Source of the DNA: a virus
Lineage: Duplodnaviria; Caudoviricetes
Virus record (IMG/VR): IMGVR_UViG_3300032323_001198
Coordinates: 1 to 59,633 of that record
Length of the DNA: 59,633 nucleotides
Strand: one strand, 5' to 3'
Shown: positions 45,259 to 55,100 of the stretch, one piece after another
Layout: every line of letters starts with the position of its first letter
Position numbering within the stretch: the first letter of the stretch is position 1
Notes under the pieces: model-generated
Database searches by the model: none
The model's input: only the letters and a program-made list of their open reading frames with translations
What the model was told of the DNA's origin: nothing
Position numbers and translations under genes: made by a program

Positions 45259-46089
45259 ATGAATTACGACAGGGGACTCCTTAAAGAAACATTAAGCAAG
45301 GAGCAATGGAGACATTTTAAAAGAACTGGCGAACTTCCTGAAAGTTTCGTCATTCCATCTATCGAACCCGAACCTATCATCACAGACATTAACGAACGTA
45401 TCACTGTTCTCTGTGTACGGTTTGGTACAAAGTACGGTCCAGAATACGTAGAAAAATTACGCAACATGGTCGCAAGACATCTCACAGTGCCTTATGAATT
45501 CTGCTGTCTTACTGACGATCAAACTCCGATAGAAGGTGTAACTTCAATTGTAAGACCTAACGAAGGCTATCCTAAAGGATGGTGGCATAAGGTACACATG
45601 TTTGACCCGAATCTAGGACTTAAGGGCAGAGTTCTATATATGGATCTAGATGTTATCATACATTCAAACATAAACAAATTGATTGCCAATCAAGGAAATC
45701 AGTTTTTGGGTATCAGAGATTTCAATCGTAAATTTAATCCCACATGGAATATTTTAAACAGTTCTGTCATGAGTTGGCCTGCCGGGCTTCATCCAGATAT
45801 CTACACCGTTTTCAAAACTGATCCAAAAAAAGCACAAAGAATGCACGGTGATCAAGATTGGATTTGGCATGTGGCTAAATCCAGAATTACATTTTGGTCC
45901 GATCGTTGGATACAAAGTTACAAATGGGAAATCCGAGATCGCAGTGAAATATTGTATAGCGGAAACAAGCGTGTGTTCAAAACCGTAAGAAACGTCGCGA
46001 TACCTAGAGATTGTTCAATATGCGTGTTTCACGGAGATCCAAATCCTCACGAAGTTCAAGATCCATATGTACTTGACAACTGGCGATAA
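45259..46089 (+). CDS. GT-A glycosyltransferase-like protein
   Basis: GTKY...LTD, WWHK, DLDV (DxD), NSSVM, GDQ, FHGDPNP. Confidence 0.8.
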   Translation: MNYDRGLLKETLSKEQWRHFKRTGELPESFVIPSIEPEPIITDINERITVLCVRFGTKYGPEYVEKLRNMVARHLTVPYEFCCLTDDQTPIEGVTSIVRPNEGYPKGWWHKVHMFDPNLGLKGRVLYMDLDVIIHSNINKLIANQGNQFLGIRDFNRKFNPTWNILNSSVMSWPAGLHPDIYTVFKTDPKKAQRMHGDQDWIWHVAKSRITFWSDRWIQSYKWEIRDRSEILYSGNKRVFKTVRNVAIPRDCSICVFHGDPNPHEVQDPYVLDNWR

Positions 46090-46101
46090 AGATGTTATAC
46101 T
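46073..46101 (+). promoter_or_regulatory. Sigma70 promoter (leaderless uvsE)
   Basis: TTGACA-17 nt-TATACT, 6 nt before ATG. Confidence 0.75.
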
Positions 46102-46107
46102 TACAGT

Positions 46108-47169
46108 ATGATTAAAAAAATTGGCTTCGCTTGCAAATGGATTGACCGTCCCGATCAGGTAAACGGTATTAAACCCAAGGACGACTGTAAAAAATACAAC
46201 ACAGGTTCTACTACTGTGGCTTGGTTAAATAGACAAACCAAGGATGTGGCTGTAGAAAAACTATGGTCGTTGATGGAACAAAATATAGAATCGTGTCGAC
46301 TATTGGTTGAGCGAGTAGGAGAATTAGATGAAGATCTTAGAATGGTACGACTCAGTAGTGATATACTACCTGTCTACACTGAGCCAACTTGGGGCTGGTT
46401 TTGGCGGCTTCCCGATGTTAGAGCATATTGTGAAAGAGGATTTAAGCAGATCGGAGATGTGGCTAGGTCGCGTGGCGTTCGGTTGTCTTTTCATCCTGGC
46501 CAGTTTTGCGTGTTGGCATCTGATAACCCAGATATCGTAAATCGATCTATCGAAGAATTTGAATACCATGTCGATATGGCTCGATGGATGGGCTATGGTC
46601 AAAAGTTTCAGGACTATAAGATTAATGTGCATATTGCTGGTCGGCAAGGTCCGCAAGGTATCGTTACTGCTCTAAGTCGTATGACGCCTGAGGCTCGCAA
46701 TTGCCTTACTATCGAGAATGACGAAATGACCTGGGGTATCGAACACAGTCTTGAACTAGTCGATCACTGTGCTTTAGTCTTAGACATACATCACCATTGG
46801 ATTAAATCTGGAGAATATATTGAACCATCTGACGACCGTGTTAAAAGGATTATTGATAGTTGGCGTGGTCAGCGTCCTGTCATACATTATAGTGTATCAC
46901 GGGAAGAGCATCTTATTGACCATCCCAGACACATCCGTCCCGATCTTTGGACGCTATTAGAATCTGGACACAAAAAAGCAAAACTCAGAGCACATTCAAA
47001 CTTCTACTGGAACACAGCAGTGAATCAATGGGCACTGAGTTTTAGGGATAACTTCGATATGATGTGCGAAAGCAAGGCTAAAAATCTAGCATCGTTCGCA
47101 CTATACGAAGAGGCTAAAGGTATTACTTTGCCTGTGGCTTGCGACCACGAGTCGGTGCTACTTTCTTAA
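46108..47169 (+). CDS. uvsE: UV damage endonuclease
   Basis: IGFAC, RLSSD, RLSFHPGQF, IENDE, LDIHHH, HYS, AHS, ESKAK. Confidence 0.92.
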   Translation: MIKKIGFACKWIDRPDQVNGIKPKDDCKKYNTGSTTVAWLNRQTKDVAVEKLWSLMEQNIESCRLLVERVGELDEDLRMVRLSSDILPVYTEPTWGWFWRLPDVRAYCERGFKQIGDVARSRGVRLSFHPGQFCVLASDNPDIVNRSIEEFEYHVDMARWMGYGQKFQDYKINVHIAGRQGPQGIVTALSRMTPEARNCLTIENDEMTWGIEHSLELVDHCALVLDIHHHWIKSGEYIEPSDDRVKRIIDSWRGQRPVIHYSVSREEHLIDHPRHIRPDLWTLLESGHKKAKLRAHSNFYWNTAVNQWALSFRDNFDMMCESKAKNLASFALYEEAKGITLPVACDHESVLLS

Positions 47170-47434
47170 CAGTTTCTTTGGCTTTGGCAGTTGTTTTTTT
47201 GGCAACTGTTTTAGCCTTTTCTGTAACGACTTTTACGTCAGCAGCATCAACCTTACCGTCCTTGTTAACGTCTGCAGTTTCTTTAGCACCGCAGACAACA
47301 TTTTGGACAGCGGCCTTAACATCAGCAGAGTCTACTTTGCCGTCATTGTTTACATCCAATCCTTTAGAACTGCGATTGTAATAAATGAAAGCACCGATGA
47401 CTACTACGGCGATTGCTAAAAGTACGATTTCCAT
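47123..47434 (-). CDS. Membrane-anchored protein with two EF-hand/dockerin-like loops and K/A-rich tail
   Basis: N-term TM helix; DVNNDGKVDSAD and DVNKDGKVDAAD. Confidence 0.8.
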   Translation of the reverse strand: MEIVLLAIAVVVIGAFIYYNRSSKGLDVNNDGKVDSADVKAAVQNVVCGAKETADVNKDGKVDAADVKVVTEKAKTVAKKTTAKAKETVKKVAPTRGRKPQAK

Positions 47435-47478
47435 GGTTAAATCTCCTTGTGGATTATTTATACGGTAAATATTAGACC

Positions 47479-48033
47479 ATGCTACATTTTATTAAAAGTT
47501 TAACAGAAAATACAGACAAAAGAGAATTATATCAGGAAAAGTTAAAGTTTGATAAAAACGAACTGGAACCTGTTATGAGTGAAGCCACTATCAAATATCA
47601 CTACGATGGTTTGGCTGCAAAATATTCAGATCGCTATAATAAAGGCGAAGGGGATCCCGATTTTAACTACGGGGGTGCTATTTTACACAATATCTTCTTT
47701 GCCAATTTAACCCCGCCTAGAGCAGCAAATAAACCCGAGGGAATCAGTAAATCTATTATAGATAATGTCTACGGTAATTTTGACAAGTTTAAAGAAGCCG
47801 TTGAAAAAGAATTTATGGCCGCCCAAGGATCTAATTGGATTTATATGGATACCAGCGGAAAACTTCATACTATTCATAATCACGAATATAAAAAAACAAT
47901 GAAGATTGCTCTGTTAATCGATGCTTGGGAGCATGCTTGGGCCCTTGATTATCAGCAGGATAAAGCCAAATATCTACAAAACATTTGGCGAATTGTTAAT
48001 TGGGAAGTTGTTGATATTAGACTAGGAGTATAA
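47479..48033 (+). CDS. sod: Fe/Mn superoxide dismutase
   Basis: LEPVMS..T..YH, FN.GG..LH..FF, DAWEHA. Confidence 0.88.
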   Translation: MLHFIKSLTENTDKRELYQEKLKFDKNELEPVMSEATIKYHYDGLAAKYSDRYNKGEGDPDFNYGGAILHNIFFANLTPPRAANKPEGISKSIIDNVYGNFDKFKEAVEKEFMAAQGSNWIYMDTSGKLHTIHNHEYKKTMKIALLIDAWEHAWALDYQQDKAKYLQNIWRIVNWEVVDIRLGV

Positions 48034-48035
48034 AA

Positions 48036-48119
48036 ATGGCAAAGAAATATTCACAGAAAACTCGAGCAGTAAGAGCCGCAAAACGTGCCCTTGGACAAAG
48101 ACGTACTAGGAGAAGTTAA
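48036..48119 (+). CDS. Tiny basic peptide (27 aa, MAKKYSQKTRAVRAAKRALGQRRTRRS)
   Basis: AGGAG SD; exactly fills the sod-iscU gap. Confidence 0.6.
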   Translation: MAKKYSQKTRAVRAAKRALGQRRTRRS

Positions 48120-48121
48120 TT

Positions 48122-48508
48122 ATGGCATACAGCGATAAGGTCATTGACCATTATGAAAATCCACGTAACGTAGGGTCGTTCGACAAGAACGATACCAGCG
48201 TGGGTACTGGCATGGTTGGTGCTCCTGCTTGTGGTGATGTAATGAAATTGCAGATAAAGGTGGACGATGATACAGGTATTATTACAGATGCGAAATTTAA
48301 AACGTATGGCTGCGGATCGGCTATTGCGAGTTCGAGTCTTGTCACAGAGTGGGTCAAAGGTAAAACACTTGACGAAGCAGGATCAATCAAAAACTCCGAA
48401 ATTGCCACAGAACTAGCATTACCACCAGTTAAGATACATTGTTCAATTCTAGCAGAAGATGCTATCAAGGCGGCCGTAAATGATTACCGTAACAAGCACA
48501 GCCAGTAA
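48122..48508 (+). CDS. iscU: Fe-S cluster scaffold IscU
   Basis: YSDKVIDHYENPRNVG, GAPACGDVM, GCGSAIASSS, LPPVKIHC. Confidence 0.97.
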   Translation: MAYSDKVIDHYENPRNVGSFDKNDTSVGTGMVGAPACGDVMKLQIKVDDDTGIITDAKFKTYGCGSAIASSSLVTEWVKGKTLDEAGSIKNSEIATELALPPVKIHCSILAEDAIKAAVNDYRNKHSQ

Positions 48509-48806
48509 TCAAATAGAAAAACTGCTGAAAAAAAGAGGCAAGGGCAAGGGTATTTCTATAGGCATAAGAACCACAGGCTGTTCTGGATTAGCCTACACCC
48601 TAGAATATCTAGACGACATAACAAATCTCGAACCCGGGTATACAAAGTTATTTGAAAAATTCTGCGTTTATATTAACGAAAGACATCTTCCTTATTTCAC
48701 AGAACTAGAAATAGATTATGTTAAAAACGGACTAAACGAAGGTTTTGAGTTCCGTAACTCTGCAGAAAAAGATCGCTGTGGCTGCGGAGAAAGTTTTAGA
48801 ATCTAA
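48480..48806 (+). CDS. iscA: A-type Fe-S carrier IscA/HesB
   Basis: TGCSG.AY, CGCGESF. Confidence 0.92.
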   Translation: MITVTSTASNQIEKLLKKRGKGKGISIGIRTTGCSGLAYTLEYLDDITNLEPGYTKLFEKFCVYINERHLPYFTELEIDYVKNGLNEGFEFRNSAEKDRCGCGESFRI

Positions 48807-49090
48807 TGTTTGCCTACAGGCCAGTCTAGGCTGGCAGGCATATCCCATATAGTTTTACGCTCTGCACCTTTACTTTGAGCAAATCTTTTACTATCACAAT
48901 TAGAGCAACAGTGAAAGTAATTGTTACTTAATCTTCTATGATCTATATTTTTTAGATCTCTAGAAAATATCTCGTCGCAGTTGTCGCAGCGAAATTCCAC
49001 TACTATCTTTTCTCTCGAATAGCAATGTTCTACACCTAATTTACTGACCCTAGTGTATTGATTCTTAATTGTTTTTTTATTTAAGAACAT
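48803..49090 (-). CDS. Hypothetical Zn-binding protein
   Basis: CDNC and CSNC pairs; TGTAAATA box upstream. Confidence 0.7.
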   Translation of the reverse strand: MFLNKKTIKNQYTRVSKLGVEHCYSREKIVVEFRCDNCDEIFSRDLKNIDHRRLSNNYFHCCSNCDSKRFAQSKGAERKTIWDMPASLDWPVGKH

Positions 49091-49159
49091 AAAGTATTTA
49101 CATTCGGCTTATAAAATTTATTGGTAAATACTAGTTGAAACCATTTACTAGGGTAAATT

Positions 49160-52100
49160 ATGGCACGTAAAATCATTGATATTGGTGTTGTCGGTAATGA
49201 CGGCACAGGCGATAGTATTCGCGATTCGTTTAGAAAAGTTAACGACAACTTTAGAGAACTGTATAGTTCGTTAGGTCTCGGAGAAAATTTAACCTTTATT
49301 GGGTTAGACGATACTCCGGGCTCTTATCAGGGACAGAATGACCCCGACACTGGCAACACTCCTGTAGTAACTATTAACAATAACGCCAGCGGGATACAAT
49401 TTAAAAAGATAATGGCTGGTTCTGGTATTGCTTTAGACTTTACTACAAATCCCAACGAAATAACTATTAGTTCTGAATTTTCACAGGTAGTGGGTGATTC
49501 TAGCCCTCAACTAGGCGGAGATCTTAGTGCTAGATCTGGTGGTCAACAACACAGAATAATAGACTTAGGTACAAATACATCGCCATTGTTGCCTGCATAT
49601 GAACACGAAGCAACTAGTAAAGGATATGTTGATACCAAGATCAGCAAGGCAGGAACTAATGCTATAGATCCTAGAACTGGTCAAAATGATACGTCATTTG
49701 GCGTAATGACTGGTCCGCTTATCTTAGCACGTGACCCTTTACCCGATGATGACACTGTTTACGACGGATTAATTGCTGCTACTAAGAGATATGTAGATAA
49801 TGCTGCGTTTGGTAGTTCAGTTAACTTATATGTTGCTACCAGTGGAGAAGACGAACGAATTGGTGTGTCTCCAGAAATACAAGGTCGAGCATTGGCTTAT
49901 GCTTACAGAAGTCTAGAAGCCGCTCTAAAACGAGCAGAAGAAATCATGCTCGAATCAAGATTAGAAATTGGACCTTATAAGAAAATATTAACCTATAACA
50001 ATGGGGTTAATGAATGTACACTAGAACTTATAGATGACGCTCCTAGTGCCGGGGCAGGATTTAGCGGTCAAGTATTAATGAGTGTAGATACTATCACTGT
50101 TAGTTATACTGGCGTTAACTACTTGCCTGGAGATATTATTACCCTAGCAGGCGGTACATTTATTGAACCTGCTAGATATGAAGTATTATCGACTACAGAT
50201 ACACCCGGCGGTGTATTAACAGTTAGACAGTTAAGTTCTGGGGTTTACACAACATTACCAGGATCAACATTAGTTGATACTACCAGCGATAGCGCAATCC
50301 CTCATCCCGATCTTGCTGACAGAGTAAAGTTTAATATCACTTACAAAGTAAACAACGTTCAAGTAATATCAGGCGGCACAGGTTACGGTTTGGTATCTGT
50401 GAGAATTGTAGGTGGTGGCGGAAGTGGATCTTTTGGTACTGCTGACGTAAATGGTGGAATAGTACAGAGTATTACTATCACTGACCAAGGTTCTGGATTT
50501 GTTAGTTTACCTGTGGTGCAAGTTAGTTTGCCTAGATTTTATCTTAAAACTGAAGGACAGCGTACAGACTTTACAGGAGATGTGTTAACTAGCACACCCG
50601 AAGCAGTTAGAACTAGAGATCTTAGAGAAGGTCTATTTCTTCGTGGTGAAACTTCCGGAGCATTGGCTCAAATTCTTTCGCACAGCGGAGAACTAGACAG
50701 CGGTGGAAGAGAAATATTTGACGTCGATATTAAGTTTGGTGCGTTTGAAATTGGTGAAGTTATTGCCTACGGCGACGTGGCTAGAGATACAAACATTACT
50801 GTTTTAGTTGAAAGTGGCATATACTACGAAAACTTACCGTTACGTGTGCCTATTAATACTTCTATTGTTGGTGACGAATTTAGAAGATGCATTGTAAGAC
50901 CTAAACCCGGCATAAGTTCTAGTCCATGGGCGTTTTTAAAATTCCGCAGAGACCTTACTATAGGTGAAGAAGGTATTGATCAGATCACTATTGCGGACAG
51001 ATTATTTGGTTGGCACTATCTAACCGATTCATCTCAGCCAGTTTATCCATTAATTAATAACAAAGGTTTCTACAGATCAGCAGCACAACTATTAGTACTG
51101 AACAGGTTCTTCTTACAAAAAGAGGTAGTAGGTTGGATTCAAAATCAAATCACAAATAACATTGCTCCGTTCACTAGTTCATTTACATATTCCTCTTCTA
51201 CTTGTGAAAGAGATGTCGGCCTGCTAATAGATGCCATGGTGTTTGATCTTCGCTACGGTAGTTCAGATCGAACAGTTAGTGCTGCGCTAAAATATTATTC
51301 TAACGCTAGTGGACTAATAGCCATTGGTGCTCAATTAGACGAAACTAAAGCAGCCATACGCAGATTAGGTGTGTTGGCGCAGGCTGTGATTCGAAATGTT
51401 GAAATTACAGAAAGATATCAACAGACATTCCCTCAGATCGTTGACGGTGCCTACATTGCAGAAACTGGTGCAGGCGGAACATCATTTAACATCAACGGAG
51501 CATCAATATCTGATCCTGTTGTAATTACAACGTTGGCCACACACGGATTGATCAACGGAGATAATATTATTATCGACGATGTTGGAGGAATGACTGAGAT
51601 TAACGGCAATGATTATTTTGTTTCAGTACTAACTCCTAATGCATTTAGATTGTATAATGACTCGGGGCTAACCGACGGCGTTGACGGAACTAACTTTAGT
51701 TCTTATACCACTGGCGGTACTGCTTATAACAATGGCGGTGTAATTGGTGCATTGATCAATGTTATCATTGATGTTATAGACGAATCCGGTCCCGGTCTAG
51801 GTAGTGTAAACACTCCTAAAAACAACGACCAAATGGATGTATTCCTATGTAATGATGCTGTGCGATTCCAGGCCATAACTTGTCAGGGCCATGGCGGATT
51901 CTTTATGGTATTAGATCCCGCAGGTCAAATTCTTGCCAAGTCACCGTATGCTCAAGAATGCGCATCATTCTCTAAGAGTACAGGTAGACAAACATTTGCT
52001 GGTGGACAGTTCATTGACGGCTTTACTGGTAACATAAAATTTGAATTATTAGGAAAAAGAGAACTAGGAGTATCAGGAATGATCTCCGGTCGTCAATACA

Positions 52101-55100
52101 CTATTAAGACTGTAGGGACCACTAACTTTACCGCACTAGGTGCTACTGACAACAACCTAGGTACAGTGTTTAGATACAACGGTGTATTAACATCCGGCAC
52201 TGGCATTGTTGAAGATAACAGTTTCTTGTATGTGTCAGGATTAGATAGATTTCCTCAATTACCAGCGTCTTTCATTGTTGCAGACACAGTTTATCGAATT
52301 AACTACGTAAGAGATTATACATTTAGTGTAACAGGCTCTACAGCATCCTTTGTATTAGACGAAGCCACTCCGTGGCCGTTTGGGGTCTTTTCTTATGATG
52401 AATCAATATGCTTCCGAGATGTTGGATTGATCATAGACAGTTTGAGTTATGATATAGTCTTTAGTACAAACTATAATCAAAGAAAAGCAGGTCTAACTTA
52501 TCGACAGGCGAATGCGCAGGTAGTTATCGATGACCAACTTGAACTTACAGCCAGAGCCATTTCGCTGGCCCACGATCTAGCCATAGAAGCACTATCTGGT
52601 TATCCTGCGGCTCAATCAGTTGCCGAAACTAGCCAATTGGTTTTAGATAATATTATACGAAATGGTGTAACTTTTGCTCCAACTCTAAGTTTTACTAGCC
52701 CGCCGGGATTGCCATCTAATCGTGTTAATGCTAAAGGATTGTTAATCCCAAACATAGATTACATTATTGACGAAACTGTAGGTTGGATAGCCTCACAAGT
52801 TGCATCTAATATTTCACCATTTAGTACTTCCTATACCTATGGGCAAGATAGATTTAGAAGCAATTTACAATATCACATCGAAGCATTAATATATGACATA
52901 ACTTATGGCGGAAATAGTCAAACTAGATTAGAAGGTATAAGATATTGGGACGGAGTAGGTTCTGCAGTTTCATTGCAGATTCCTGCAGGTGAACAAGCAC
53001 AAACAGCAGCAGCACTCAATTACGCAAGATATCTAATTAAGCAGGTAATATTAAATTTACCACCTGCTGTGTCTTACAGTGCAACTCCAAGAATCACAGG
53101 TACAGCCAGTGATATAACTATACAGAATGAAATTGAAGTATTGTTTGCAGAAATCAGTTATGTTTTAGTTAATGGTGTTTCTGTTGCAGCCACAGAGGTG
53201 TTACCAGATCTCAATGCCTATGCATATTCAACATCATTAAAAACTGCCAGAACTACTTTATTGGCAGAAAAACTTGACATCCAAAATGGTGTTATAGATT
53301 TTGTAGATGCAAATGCTAATATCTACGAAGTGCTGATGCCAGGTAACAGAAGTATGTTAGGCAACGACTTCACACAAATTAACGATCTTGGATACGGTGT
53401 TGTTACTACCAACGGTGGTTTGGCTGAAGAAGTTTCGATGTTCACATACTACTGCCATATTTCCTATTACGCAGTAAATGGTGGTCAGATTAGATCAGTG
53501 GGTGGATCTAGTGCGCACGGTAATTTTGCTTTAGTTGCTGAAGGTGCAGATCCGTTAGAAGTTCCAACTCCTGTTACATTATATCACGAACTGGCACAAG
53601 GTGCAACAGTATATGCTCCAAGTCCTACTTATTTTAATTCGCTCAACGGATTAATTCTTTACGTTAACAATTATTCATATGCGCCGTTGGATCGAGGAGA
53701 ACTCGAAGTCGATCACGGTTTAGGTTCTATATATAGATATCCTATTGCTACTGCAGAGACCGGAGGAGATTTGCCTGCAGGAGTTTGTAAATTAAGTTTA
53801 CAAAGTTCTGAAGGTGCAGGCATTGAGGGATTGGCTGCTGTTATTGCCGATGGTTCTTTAGTAACCATTCGTCAAGGAACACAAACAGTATTAACTGGTG
53901 ATGTTGTAGACGTTGCTGTTAGACCGTCCACTGGTATGGTGTTAAGAGAATCACCTACTGTTTATCGTATTCTACAATTTGATGAATATCAGGATCCTGC
54001 TGGTTCAAGAACATTTACAATTAATATCGGTAGCCCTGCAGTAATTACTAGAGCGTCTCATGGGCTGCAACCAGATTATCAAATCAGTTTAGTTACTACA
54101 GGATCATTACCAACAGGTGTTAATCAGGTTTCTATCTATTATGTTCTAGCAGACGGATTTACTGCTAACAGTTTTAGAATATCTGAAACCAAACGAGGTA
54201 CTCCGATCAGTACCTCAGGAACACAGTCCGGAGTACACAGTTATTTCGTAGAAGGTCTAGCAAGAACCACGCTACGTGAAAACTATAACTATGTTGATTT
54301 GTCTATTTGGCCTTCACAACCGTATCTTATCAGTTCACAGATCTGTACTGTTTCAATTGCTAGTCCAGCAGTGGTGACATTGGCCGGGCATGGATTTATA
54401 GCCAATGATGTAGTAAGATTTGAAACTAATGGATCGTTGCCGTCTGGAATTATTTCAGGTGCCCATTATTTTGTTAAAACTGTGTTAGATCCTAATACAT
54501 TTACTGTTACTAGAGAGTCTATTTCAGGTTCAGTGGCTATAGATACCACTGGTTCACAAAGCGGTACCCATAGTGTTGGCAGAGTTGTTGGTACAGGTCG
54601 AGGATCTTCAAGAAATGCCAGCACATTAACATCTTCACACAACGGAATACAATACGAGATCTTAACCACTGGTACATTTGACTTTACTCTAATAGGTGCG
54701 TCATCGAATACAGTTGGTCAAATATTCACTAAAACTGGAACAGCATCTACCGGAACTGGTACATTAAGAGAAGTTGGTAATTCTACATTTGCTGTTGTGC
54801 CATTAGGTGGCGATGAAAAAGAAAGAGTTCTTAATAGTCTATTAATATGGAAAGGTATTGAATATGAAATTGTAGCCTATAATGACGAGAATATTACTGG
54901 TCAGGCTTATGCTACAATTACACTAAATCAACGTTTAGTTGATAGTGTGATTTATTTCACTGCATTACCTTCCCTTAAATCCGCCGTACCTAAAGATGAA
55001 CCCGGTACACTAACCATACGTATTGGTTTGACAAGGGTTACATCTCATGACTTGTTAGACATTGGTACAGGTTCATATGCTGACACAAACTATCCAAATG

